A stretch of DNA of 62,525 bases from the NCBI GenBank assembly GCA_016182555.1, contig JACPGJ010000005.1, positions 1 through 62,525 on the forward strand, written 5' to 3'. Each line of letters begins with the position of its first letter. Within the stretch, counting starts at the first letter, position 1. Shown piece after piece: positions 53,092 through 62,431 of the stretch. This DNA comes from Candidatus Kerfeldbacteria bacterium (GTDB lineage: Bacteria; Patescibacteriota; Patescibacteriia; UBA9570; XYC2-FULL-38-9). The notes below the pieces were generated by a model. That model did not search any database, had not been told where the DNA came from, and worked only from the letters and a program-made list of their open reading frames with translations. Made by a program: the position numbers and the translations under genes.

Positions 53092-53978
53092 TTATGTAAA
53101 CAACACATAAATACCAGAAAACATAATCAATGCACCAATGGATTTTTTTACCAGCGTTTTTGCGGAAATATCTTCATGGATAATATGTGGAAGAAATATT
53201 GTCAACGCAAAACCAATAATAATGGCATAGAAAGACTGCACTTGCATGACGACGGTGACTAATCCGGCCGATGGGGCAGAGGCCAGCGCTTTTTTAATGC
53301 TCATTTGGCCAAAAAAATCTAACAGATTATTGGCAGCAAAGTATATTTACCAGTGACGGCAGATTTCAAGCCATGAAAGATTTGTTTTCGCATAGAGGGA
53401 ACGAGTAACAATAGTGGCCCCGCTAGCGCCGAACCAAGCGTATCGAGCAGAAAATAATTCCAAAATGATATTTTTGTAAGACCGTAATCTATAAAAAGAG
53501 TCATCACAGACCATAGGAGAATAGCAATACAGATCATTCCGAAGCCCTTAAAAAATATTTTTTTGCTTTTCTCAAGTGAAATGAGAAGTGCGCCGACGAA
53601 AACAATTATAAATCCGAGCACTTGATGAGAAGATAATGTTTGGCCAAGAAAAAGGAAAGCTAAAATAACCGTGAGTACGGGAATGAGTTTAAATGTAATT
53701 ACCAGAGTAGAGGTGTCTCCTTGTTCTAGGGCTTTTCCATAAAAACCATAAGAATAGATGAGCATCACGCCAGTGAGTATTGGTATCCAGGAATAGATTG
53801 TGAGGGTGGGAATGCCAATAAAAATAAACAACAATCCAAACAACAACCAGCTGGTGATTGTTGAAAAGAACATAAAATCAAAAATGCCCTTACTGTATTT
53901 CCCCAGAATATATTTATCGATGAAGTTGGAGCCTGCCCAAAAGAGCGGGGCAAGTAGTGAAAGAAAAATCCAATGCAT
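53092..53978 (-). pseudogene. DMT/EamA-family transporter split by a -1 frameshift near 53340-53348
   Basis: The 219-aa ORF (53319-53978) carries the first EamA repeat and the start of the second. The 70-aa ORF (53092-53304) carries the rest. The frames rejoin as ..TGK(I)YFAANNLLDFFGQMSIKKAL if one A is added to the AAA run. Confidence 0.6.
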
Positions 53979-53995
53979 ATTATTTTTATAGATTT

Positions 53996-54628
53996 TTAGT
54001 TATCAACTGACTTCCAGAGATACAGACAGGCAACCGTGCGATGTCCCCTCCATCCGGCGGCAAGTTGCTGCATACGTTTTGCAGAAGGAAGCTGGCGAAG
54101 TTTGAACAACCGTTGAAATGCTTTCTGAATAGCGAGATCTCCGACTGGTAATATATCTGGACGGTTGAGGGCAAAAATCAAAAACATATCTACGGTCCAC
54201 TGACCAATTCCTTTCACTTGTATCAAGTGCTTCGAAATTTCTTCGTCGGTCATGCTGGCAAATAAACGTGGGGTAATGGTGCCATCTTCAAATCGGCGTG
54301 CCAAGTCAATTAAGTAAGAAGCTTTTTGGTTCGAAACTCCCGCAGTGCGCAATAGATCAACGGGACTGTTGAGCACTTCTACAGGTAGAGGAAATTTTTT
54401 CTGCGTACCATCCGCGTCATATAAAGCGACGAATCGTTTATAAATGGTTCCCGCTGCTTTGCTAGAGAGTTGTTGGTAAATAATCGATTCAGCCAGCGAT
54501 TGAAACGCATTCCGTGTTTTGCGCAATTCTGGTTTTGTGTGTTTCTGAATGAGCCGGCGCAGACGTTCATCTTTTCGTAGGTGCGCTAACGACGCTTCCA
54601 AATCAACCGTACGAGAATTTTTTTTCAT
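53996..54628 (-). CDS. DNA-3-methyladenine glycosylase II family (HhH-GPD, AlkA-like)
   Basis: LIQVKGIGQWTVDMFLIFALNRPDILPVGDLAIQKAF (helix-hairpin-helix plus catalytic Asp). Confidence 0.85.
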   Translation of the reverse strand: MKKNSRTVDLEASLAHLRKDERLRRLIQKHTKPELRKTRNAFQSLAESIIYQQLSSKAAGTIYKRFVALYDADGTQKKFPLPVEVLNSPVDLLRTAGVSNQKASYLIDLARRFEDGTITPRLFASMTDEEISKHLIQVKGIGQWTVDMFLIFALNRPDILPVGDLAIQKAFQRLFKLRQLPSAKRMQQLAAGWRGHRTVACLYLWKSVDN

Positions 54629-54729
54629 AGGTGCTGTAAATTATATACTTTGCGCGAACCTTTTTTGAGAAGAACTGACTACCCCCGCTTCGCCCTTGCT
54701 TCCGGCATTTCGACGAAAAAATCCGGCGG

Positions 54730-55470
54730 CTAGGAATACTTATCTAAAAATTCACCAATAATTTGGTTTGCTTCTTCAATTATTTCCGGATGATAACGAT
54801 AATCATGATCTGAATTTAGTGCGTGTATTTCTTTGGGTGCGGCAGATTCTTCATACGCCTTCTTCACATCTTCGAGATCGTTCATATCATCATTCACGCC
54901 GTAGAAAAACAGTTTTGGTTTGGTGCAGTTTTTTAGTTCAGGCAAAGCATTATATTGTTTGCCATCTTCAAAGTAATTGAGTGGCAAACCAAATTCTTTT
55001 TGCTCCTTAGTTTTCATATTTCCTGGCGGTAAATCTCTATAACTCATTACTTTCCCATCAATAATTCTTTCATTTAATGGATCGCTTGGCGCGCCGTAAT
55101 AAGAAAAAATCGGAATGATGCAGGTAACGCAAGAATTTTTTGGACCAGCAAGCATTGCAATAGTTCCTCCGCGACTATGGCCTGCAAGTATGGTGGGTTT
55201 ATTGCCAAAAAACTCTATCAGTTCATCCACCGATTTTATAAGGTTAGTTGTGGTGTATAAATTTATATCTCCCGGACTTTTCCAAGTACCCGGTGGATCA
55301 AATGACAACGCAAAATATCCATGACTTGCGAGATAATCAACTAAACTTGTGTTGTGAATGTAATCTTTAGTATCTAATCTTCCCGGTATCACAATCGCAA
55401 GTTTTGACGAATTCTTATTGCCCTTTTCGTATATAGCCAGTTCAAAAGTTTTGGTTTTTATAATTCTCAT
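54730..55470 (-). CDS. alpha/beta hydrolase
   Basis: ATG 55470 (MRIIKTKTFELAIY). Nucleophile elbow GHSRGG. Confidence 0.75.
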   Translation of the reverse strand: MRIIKTKTFELAIYEKGNKNSSKLAIVIPGRLDTKDYIHNTSLVDYLASHGYFALSFDPPGTWKSPGDINLYTTTNLIKSVDELIEFFGNKPTILAGHSRGGTIAMLAGPKNSCVTCIIPIFSYYGAPSDPLNERIIDGKVMSYRDLPPGNMKTKEQKEFGLPLNYFEDGKQYNALPELKNCTKPKLFFYGVNDDMNDLEDVKKAYEESAAPKEIHALNSDHDYRYHPEIIEEANQIIGEFLDKYS

Positions 55471-55472
55471 AA

Positions 55473-56453
55473 CTATTTTTCGGAAAGCTCCTTCCGCAAT
55501 CCACTCCGACCCAAATTGAGCCAATACTCCGTTTCTTCGGTTGCGTTTCCTTTGATAAATTTTTCTTGATGACCGCCCATAAATTCCATAGCAACGCCAG
55601 CTAACGCATAAGCGTAGAGATGTTTTTTCTCATCTGGTGTAAGCGGGGTTAGTTTGTCGTACATTTCCGAAACTCGTTCGGTTCTATTACGAAGTGTTTG
55701 CGAGCTATTTTCTTCGTGTAATAAATTTGCGGCAATAACGGCAAGCTCTTGAATTCGTGGATACCAATTAGCAACCGAGAAATCTAAGACATAGATTTTA
55801 CCGTCATTACCTTTCATTATATTGGCTTTCGTAAAATCTCCGTGAACAAAACAATGCGGTAAATTATTAACAGGGATTTCTGCGTATTGTGTCATTGCTT
55901 GTTTAATAAGTTGAATATCCTGTGATTGAATAAATTGTTTTGTCCTCTCAAACATTGCTTTGATATTTGGAATAGCCCAAGAATCAAGAAGATAAGGCGG
56001 ATGATAATCAATGCCATTCACTTTTACTGCTTGCTCAACTACTGCTTTTTCTTCTTCCTCGTCGGGAGCCCGATCAAGTTCAAGAAAAGTTTGCCCGTCC
56101 ACAAATTTCATCAATACCATCGAAATATCGTTTGCTTCGCCATCAGAATAAACTACTCTGCCGTCAGCAGTTTTTATTAGCGGTGGATGATTTATCCCCA
56201 CCTCAACAGCTTTCTCCATTATTATACTATAACGAATAATAGCTTCTGAGTTTCTGTCTTTGGAAAATATCTTTGCCACATATTTGCCGCTTGGAGTTTC
56301 TATGACAACATTGCAATCTTCATATCCAACGCCGATGACAGAAAAGTTAGTCGGGCTACCGATTTTGTAAACACCGGCGAGACGATTTATAACCGCTCCG
56401 ATTTCGCCGGAGTAATTTAATCTATCAAGCGGGGTTTGTTTTTCTGTAGTCAT
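55473..56453 (-). CDS. aminoglycoside/choline-kinase-type phosphotransferase (APH family)
   Basis: FVHGDFTKANIM (HxDxxxxN) and VLDFSVANW. ATG 56453 preferred because the track ORF runs through tRNA-Leu. A TTG at 56555 would add an HTH-like extension. Confidence 0.7.
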   Translation of the reverse strand: MTTEKQTPLDRLNYSGEIGAVINRLAGVYKIGSPTNFSVIGVGYEDCNVVIETPSGKYVAKIFSKDRNSEAIIRYSIIMEKAVEVGINHPPLIKTADGRVVYSDGEANDISMVLMKFVDGQTFLELDRAPDEEEEKAVVEQAVKVNGIDYHPPYLLDSWAIPNIKAMFERTKQFIQSQDIQLIKQAMTQYAEIPVNNLPHCFVHGDFTKANIMKGNDGKIYVLDFSVANWYPRIQELAVIAANLLHEENSSQTLRNRTERVSEMYDKLTPLTPDEKKHLYAYALAGVAMEFMGGHQEKFIKGNATEETEYWLNLGRSGLRKELSEK

Positions 56454-56565
56454 ATTCTCAATATTGCTGATATAGCTCCTATCAACTTTTAATGCCCGCG
56501 CAATATCTCCTTTTTTCGCCGAAATGTCAGTTTTTCTCAAAAAAGGTTCGCGCAAAGTTTGATTG

Positions 56566-56647
56566 TGCCCGGGGCCGGACTCGAACCGGCATGGATTGCT
56601 CCGCAGCATTTTAAGTGCTGTGCGTATACCAATTTCGCCACCCGGGC
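56566..56647 (-). tRNA. tRNA-Leu (anticodon TAA)
   Basis: Minus-strand read: acceptor GCCCGGG/CCCGGGC, anticodon stem CAGCA/TGCTG with loop CTTAAAA, long variable arm, GGTTCGAGTCC T loop. Confidence 0.9.
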
Positions 56648-56716
56648 AAATAAGAAGCCTTACATTTTAGGCTCTGTGTAGTATAATGAAAGCTCAAGTA
56701 AAAATCAAGCCTTTTT

Positions 56717-58339
56717 ATGGACCATATCGAGAATTATATTCAAAAAATTCATTCGGCCCTTCGTGGTGGCAGTACCGTAAGAATTTCATCTTTTGTCGAT
56801 GAACACGCTGCCGTGCTTCCGGTGCTCCACCCGCATGTGCGTGCAAAAAAAGCTGATATTTCAGCCTTGATTTATTCTATTTTACGTCTTCCGTCAGAAA
56901 TACTGTTGGCTCGCTCTGTGATTATGGGTCAGTCGGACCGGGTATTTGAACAAGTAGGCATTCAAATGGCGAGCAAACAGTGGCTTACCACAAAAGCGAT
57001 CGCACGGGAGCGACAGTGTGCGTACAATAAACGGACAAGTACCATCGCCGTGTTTGTGGCCAGCATTTCTGATGTGGAAGATTTAATTACTATTTTGACG
57101 GCATTCTATATTGAAGTGCAAAAGTTGCATCAGCAATTGCAAGAAGACGGCATCACGCTTGCCGATTGTTTTTCGCCAGAAGATTACAGTAAATTACAAG
57201 AAGTGCTGAGTAATCAGTGGAAGCGATTTGAAACACTCGTTGCCGCCCCCATTGACTATGAATTGAAACTTCTTGCCGGTTCAAGCGTGGACTATTCAAA
57301 AACGGTTCAACAGTGGTGGATTCATATTGCTTCTTCGCGTAAAGAATATCCATTCGATGTGTATAAACAACCGGTCTATTTTGTTTCTTCGAATTCGCAT
57401 TCGCTCATCAATACGCTTTCTGGTTTCCCGCTCAAAAATGCAAAAATGTTATTTGCTGACAATGCAGAATTTTTAGAAAAGAATGCAGAAGCGTTTGCCC
57501 AAGAACATGTCCCGAAGGAAAATATTTGTTCTTATCTTTCACGGTTTACGCAGCGACGGAACCCACAGTTCATGAAAGACAAACTACAGTATGAAAAAAA
57601 ACAAGGATTAATTCGTTTGAAACCCTACCACCACATTGATATTGAAGCGCAAATTTTTTCTATTCGAGATGTGATAACAAATAAGTGGTTGGACCCCCGG
57701 TTAAAAATAAATGAACGCATGCGCAAGCAGCTGATCCGCAGCAATGCGCTCATCGTGAATATTGCGTATCCACTCGGCATGGGAGCGTATTCTATTTTAC
57801 GTGAAGTGAGTGAAAATGTGCCGGAAGTGAGAGGGGTGTATATTATGGGTAAGTGTGCGTCATTAAATGCGAGTATTGGCGATATTACTATTCCACATTA
57901 TGTGCGTGATTTGCATACAAAAAATCAAATGTTTGTGAATAATATATTTTCATCAGACACATTTGCGCCGTATGTGGAAAAAAATTCTGTGTTGACCAAT
58001 CAAAAAGCCGTTTCTGTACGCGGTACGTTTTTACAAAATGAACATTCACTGCAACAGGATTACAAAGATGGATATACCATTGTTGAAATGGAAGCCGGGC
58101 CGTATTTGAACCGTGTGTATGAAATGATCTACCCGGAACGTTATCCTACTCATTCTACTGTGGTGTTGGATCCAGATTTCCGTTTGGGCTTAGCGTACTA
58201 TGTGTCTGATACGCCTCACAAAAAAGGGTTGAACTTGGGCGCGAAACGGTTGACGTGGGAAGGCCTGAATGGCACCTATGCCATTAGCCTTGGCATCCTC
58301 CGCGATATTTTTTCCACCGAAGCCGGACAGTCACGATAA
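56717..58339 (+). CDS. phosphorylase-superfamily (PNP_UDP_1, AMP-nucleosidase-like) protein with ~330-aa N-terminal domain of unknown function
   Basis: The C-terminal LIVNIAYPLGMGAYSIL...VYIMGKCASLNASIGDITIPHYVRD...GYTIVEMEAGPYL...YYVSDTPHKKG parallels the AMP nucleosidase catalytic-domain pattern as I recall it. Confidence 0.5.
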   Translation: MDHIENYIQKIHSALRGGSTVRISSFVDEHAAVLPVLHPHVRAKKADISALIYSILRLPSEILLARSVIMGQSDRVFEQVGIQMASKQWLTTKAIARERQCAYNKRTSTIAVFVASISDVEDLITILTAFYIEVQKLHQQLQEDGITLADCFSPEDYSKLQEVLSNQWKRFETLVAAPIDYELKLLAGSSVDYSKTVQQWWIHIASSRKEYPFDVYKQPVYFVSSNSHSLINTLSGFPLKNAKMLFADNAEFLEKNAEAFAQEHVPKENICSYLSRFTQRRNPQFMKDKLQYEKKQGLIRLKPYHHIDIEAQIFSIRDVITNKWLDPRLKINERMRKQLIRSNALIVNIAYPLGMGAYSILREVSENVPEVRGVYIMGKCASLNASIGDITIPHYVRDLHTKNQMFVNNIFSSDTFAPYVEKNSVLTNQKAVSVRGTFLQNEHSLQQDYKDGYTIVEMEAGPYLNRVYEMIYPERYPTHSTVVLDPDFRLGLAYYVSDTPHKKGLNLGAKRLTWEGLNGTYAISLGILRDIFSTEAGQSR

Positions 58340-58382
58340 ATGAATTGTGCTGAGCGGAAACCAAGCTGTTAGGTAACGTATT

Positions 58383-58952
58383 TTAGCTGCGTAATAAATG
58401 TAAAAGTTCCTTCTCCGCTTCATCAGTATTTCTATATACTTTATAGCCATATTTTTTTACCTCATCTGTAAGTCGGCTGCCATGATGGTTAAAGAACCAT
58501 TCCGCCTCAATTCTCTGCAACTCTTCTGTCTTACCCCATCGTGGTACAAGTTTGTTTCTCTCAAAAGTCGATTCAAATGATTCGCCCACAAGAAATATAC
58601 CTGAAAAATCTAAATCTCTCGCTGCCAAATGTGGTAAAAAAGTATCGCCTTCAAAAATAGCAGTAGGATATTGGTGACGGACTTCACTGATCTTTCGAAG
58701 AATCGTTGGCCAAAAAGCTTCTGCTTGTTTCACAGCATCGTTCCAATATATTTCTGGAGTTAATGTTCTCCAATATTCAACTTCATCCTTATTCCAAAAA
58801 AAATTTACGTACGGCTCCAATTGTGGCTCTTTTACCATTTCAGCTCGCAAATCATCCATCGCAAAATGAGGGCAGCCGACTTCCTTTGCCACCTTTTTCC
58901 CCAAATAGGTTTTTCCTGCGGTTGGAATTCCACCAATAAAAGCGTATGCCAT
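58383..58952 (-). CDS. P-loop NTPase, small kinase-like
   Basis: Walker A GGIPTAGKTY at the N-terminus. 189 aa. Confidence 0.55.
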   Translation of the reverse strand: MAYAFIGGIPTAGKTYLGKKVAKEVGCPHFAMDDLRAEMVKEPQLEPYVNFFWNKDEVEYWRTLTPEIYWNDAVKQAEAFWPTILRKISEVRHQYPTAIFEGDTFLPHLAARDLDFSGIFLVGESFESTFERNKLVPRWGKTEELQRIEAEWFFNHHGSRLTDEVKKYGYKVYRNTDEAEKELLHLLRS

Positions 58953-59155
58953 AGATATTGAGCTAAAATATGTTACCTAACATCCGCGAGTAAACGTCAG
59001 TTGCGGCACAAGAGATGGCACAATCATACTACCATAACCGAAGTGAAGCAATTGCGGTTCGGCGCTGTTCTATTTTTCTGGCTTGATACCCAGTTCTGCT
59101 TCTACTTGAGAAAGATATGAATTGAGCTCAGCCGTGCGGTTAGGGTTGAACAGTC

Positions 59156-59650
59156 TTAGAATAACAATAAATATTTTGAAAGATAGTGCCGGTTTTTCCT
59201 CTGTTCATTTTTTGTTAACTGTGCAAAAGAAACAATTTTCTTTCTACATCTTCTTGATTCACACCCACATACAATAGCATCCTCAGCTGCATTTTTTGCC
59301 CATTCATACTCGGTCATGTAATACGAAAAAGTTAACTCTTCTCCTTTTTTGATATTTTTCATCGCCAACCAGTCCGGAAATCCATCTTTGCGAGTTTTAA
59401 TATAACAATTGGGCTCACAAGAATGATTCCAATATCTCCCCGTCCACTTCCTGGGCAAAAAATGTTTCTTTATTCCTATTTGAACTGATATATGACCCGT
59501 CTGATGATCAATGATTTTTCCAAAACCGTGTACCACAATTTCGCCTGCTCGAAAATTTTTCTTTGCATAATACGTATAGCCATACCCCTTTTTACTCGGG
59601 CCCGGCACTACTGTATTTTTATTAAATTCAACAATGTCTCTTTCGATCAT
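59156..59650 (-). CDS. SET domain-containing protein (putative lysine methyltransferase)
   Basis: YWNHSCEPNCY, GEELTFSY and post-SET CGCESRRCRKK motifs. Confidence 0.85.
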   Translation of the reverse strand: MIERDIVEFNKNTVVPGPSKKGYGYTYYAKKNFRAGEIVVHGFGKIIDHQTGHISVQIGIKKHFLPRKWTGRYWNHSCEPNCYIKTRKDGFPDWLAMKNIKKGEELTFSYYMTEYEWAKNAAEDAIVCGCESRRCRKKIVSFAQLTKNEQRKNRHYLSKYLLLF

Positions 59651-59673
59651 ATAAATTTCACCTAACGTTTAAA

Positions 59674-60759
59674 CTAAACCTTTTTATACCTCGCACTTCT
59701 GCCTTGACCTATTCTTTCTATTTTTTTCAACTTTAACAATACCTCAAGCGCTTGCTTGACGGTTGGTCTTGGTATATTCGTTTCCTTAACAATTTCTCCC
59801 GTTCTGGAAATTTCGATTTTTTCGAAATATTTCCAAACGATAAGTTGTTTTTCAGACAATAACTTTTCAATATTTTCTTTTGAAAGTAAATCAATTGCTG
59901 ACTGAGATTGCTTTTGTAAAACAGTAAAGAAAAAATCAAGCCATGGCGCAATGTCTTCCTTTTTTGTCCCAAAAGTTTTTTGACTGCGTCTAAGCGCAAG
60001 GTAATATTCTGTTTTGTTATCCTCCACAAGTTTTTCGTGCGAAACATAAGGCATGTATAGATACCCGCTTTGCAGTAATAGCAGGTTTGTCAAAACTCTG
60101 GAAATTCTTCCGTTGCCATCCTGAAAAGGATGAATTTTTAAAAATTCAACTAAAAAGTTGGCGATGAGTAGTAGCGGGTGGTATTTTTTCTCTGTAAGTG
60201 AGGCATTTGTTGATTCCACAAGTTCTGACATTTCTTTCGGTGTAAGGTGCGGCGAGGTTGGATTGAAAATAATCCCAACTTCCTTGCCTGTGCTGTCATA
60301 CGCAACTACTTTATTTTCTCCGAATTTGTAATCACCTAGATGACCTTGGTCTTTGTCGGAGTATTTTAAAAGCTCTTTGTGAAAATGTTTGATTGAGCTT
60401 TCATTGAATTTCAAATTGTTCCAGGAGTTAAAAATATTTTCTAGGAGTTCATAATAGCCTTTGACCTCCTGCTTGTCGCGGTCGGCAAATTTTTGAATGT
60501 TAATGCCGCGCATTACTTTCTCGATATCCTCATCGGAGAGTTGGACACCCTCAATACGAGTAGATGCGCCAGTTGAGGTAATCAAAACAGAGCGCTTGAG
60601 GCGCCCGAGGGCTTGTGGGCTTAATTGTGCGCCCGTTACCCAACTTCCTTTAAGTTCGTCAATTTTGGCGATTTTTGAGATAATTTCAGCAGGGATATTG
60701 CTGAATCTTTTTGCAAATTTGTTTGCAACAGGGCTATTTTTTTGGCTTTTTTTAGTCAT
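59674..60759 (-). CDS. Fic family protein (class II, C-terminal winged helix), paralog of 39253-40281
   Basis: HPFQDGNGRISRVL Fic motif. STRIEGV inhibitory-helix-like motif. C-terminal RPTVKQALEVLLKLKKIERIGQGRS. Confidence 0.9.
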   Translation of the reverse strand: MTKKSQKNSPVANKFAKRFSNIPAEIISKIAKIDELKGSWVTGAQLSPQALGRLKRSVLITSTGASTRIEGVQLSDEDIEKVMRGINIQKFADRDKQEVKGYYELLENIFNSWNNLKFNESSIKHFHKELLKYSDKDQGHLGDYKFGENKVVAYDSTGKEVGIIFNPTSPHLTPKEMSELVESTNASLTEKKYHPLLLIANFLVEFLKIHPFQDGNGRISRVLTNLLLLQSGYLYMPYVSHEKLVEDNKTEYYLALRRSQKTFGTKKEDIAPWLDFFFTVLQKQSQSAIDLLSKENIEKLLSEKQLIVWKYFEKIEISRTGEIVKETNIPRPTVKQALEVLLKLKKIERIGQGRSARYKKV

Positions 60760-60764
60760 AATTT

Positions 60765-60815
60765 TTGGATATATTAACTATGTCCAATTATATCCAATTA
60801 ACACTTTTTTGTCAA
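60765..60815 (-). promoter_or_regulatory. fic promoter with TTGGATAT/ATATCCAA repeats (minus strand)
   Basis: Sense strand: TTGACA (60815-60810), 17 nt, TATAAT (60792-60787). TTGGATAT (60797-60790), TTGGACAT (60787-60780), inverted ATATCCAA (60772-60765). Confidence 0.65.
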
Positions 60816-60838
60816 ATGCTATGTTTATTTATTCATCC

Positions 60839-61175
60839 TTATTGCGTAAGATAATCTGAGATATAACCTTTATATTTTTCGCGCAAATCTTCCGATAATG
60901 TTTCGTAACTTCCGAACTTACCTCTACAAATTTTCGAACCACAATGACACTCCATTTCTTGTTTCAATTTCAATTCATCGTATCTTGAAACAATCATAGC
61001 ATAATCTATTGTAATTTCCTCATTTTATTATTATTGTTTTAGAGATTATTATTCTTGCGCGAAAACCGTCCATAATGTACGCTTTCTGCGCATGGCTTAC
61101 GAAGGCCGCCTGAATACTTTTTTTCATATCCGACACTGCCTTATATAAAGATGTTTCGTGAAATAATTTCAAAAA
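60839..61175 (-). pseudogene. decayed second SET-domain gene (frameshifted and 5'-truncated)
   Basis: One frame reads NEEITIDYAMIVSRYDELKLKQEMECHCGSKICRGKF...YLTQ* (SET C-terminus plus post-SET). The upstream part (..AAFVSHAQKAYIMDGFRARIIISKTIIIK) is in another frame and joins through an A-run. The NHSCxPN motif is degenerate. Confidence 0.6.
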
Positions 61176-61291
61176 TCAAAATTGCATATAACGTTTCTGA
61201 ACCGCATGTCCAGTGTTATGTGATGTACATTTTTTCTTCTAACGCGCGGGGGAACCGCTGTGCGTAGTCAAATTAAAAATTAACTGTTCCT

Positions 61292-62431
61292 TTAATTTTT
61301 CTTAAATGCAAATACTTTTCTATTGGCTAACGCCCATATTGCGAATACTAACAAAAAAATACTTGTTGATATGTAAATTGCTGGCAAATTCCAAATTTTA
61401 CTGATTATTCCAAATATTAGCGTTAAAAAAACTCCGAAAAAGTTTATTAACAAGGCACTTACAGATGTTACAGTCGCTCTGCCAACAGATTTAATATTGT
61501 GCTGAATTTTGCTATCAATCAATACTTCGAGTGGTGACGTAATGAAATATGAAAGCAAAAGTACGCCAATCATTAGAATACTTGGTTTAAGACCTACAAA
61601 GAAAAGTAAAATTACAGCAACGAATGGAAACATATAAAATAGCCAAGTAGTATTTTTGAACTTATGGGCATAATAAGAACCAAAGGAATTTAAGACTGAC
61701 CAAAGAAACCCAACCAAGCCAAAAGCAAAAATCGGCAGTCCTGAAAGTTGATAGTATAGTTGATCAAACTCTTCAATATCTCCAAAAATAGATATTCCAA
61801 AAGAATAGGCCAAAAGGATTAATAACACTCTGTTACTTTTTACTTCACGATACGCCATTTTGATATATTCGAAATAATGAATTTCCTCGGTAGATTTTGC
61901 TTTTGGCGTTTCTTTGATAAGGAGAGCAAAAAATGCTGATAGTAAAAGCGGGAAAATAGAAAAAATCAAAGCCCAGTCTAAATTGTAGTGAGCGATAAAT
62001 CCACCCGAAATTGTTGAAATAGCCAAAGCAATATGAAAATAGAATTTTTTCTGTCCAAGTACTTTTTCATATTCATCTTTTTTCTTAAAAGCGACTAATT
62101 CATCATAAAGCAGAGCTTCTGTTGTTCCTGAAACAAGCGAACTACCGATAGCCCAGAAAAGAAAACCAAGACCATATAAATAAAAATTACCATCCGCAAG
62201 AAACCATGTTACGAAACAGAACGCTTTAATGACAGGAGCTATTACAAGCATTTTTTTGCGGCTCCAATAATCTGCAAGTGCCCCTGATGGAATTTCGAGC
62301 AACATTGCGGCAAGTGCCCACCATGCAAGAAGTATTGAGATTTCGAAAACAGAAAGTCCACGAATGTTGAAAAGTACATTGTAAATGTTAGGGAAAGTTG
62401 AAAACCGGACTGTGTAAAGTTCAAAAGTGGA
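61292..62431 (-). CDS. MFS transporter; 5' end unresolved (no start codon in the upper in-frame part)
   Basis: LLEIPSGALADYWSRKK loop motif and many TM helices. The frame stays open upstream of ATG 62305 (..RGLSVFEISILLAWWALAA) to 62431 without ATG/GTG/TTG. An adjacent frame continues to the window end across a T4 run. Confidence 0.6.
   Translation of the reverse strand, partial: STFELYTVRFSTFPNIYNVLFNIRGLSVFEISILLAWWALAAMLLEIPSGALADYWSRKKMLVIAPVIKAFCFVTWFLADGNFYLYGLGFLFWAIGSSLVSGTTEALLYDELVAFKKKDEYEKVLGQKKFYFHIALAISTISGGFIAHYNLDWALIFSIFPLLLSAFFALLIKETPKAKSTEEIHYFEYIKMAYREVKSNRVLLILLAYSFGISIFGDIEEFDQLYYQLSGLPIFAFGLVGFLWSVLNSFGSYYAHKFKNTTWLFYMFPFVAVILLFFVGLKPSILMIGVLLLSYFITSPLEVLIDSKIQHNIKSVGRATVTSVSALLINFFGVFLTLIFGIISKIWNLPAIYISTSIFLLVFAIWALANRKVFAFKKN

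Noticed and set aside
47962-56566. Genomic island integrated at tRNA-Leu with a distal att repeat
   Set aside because: The gene content is accessory-like, but I found no partial duplicate of the tRNA-Leu 3' end and no integrase. The evidence is insufficient.
56454-56609. N-terminal 52 codons of the track ORF 55473-56609
   Set aside because: The ORF start overlaps tRNA-Leu(TAA) on the same strand, so the annotated start cannot be real. ATG 56453 (or TTG 56555) was used instead.
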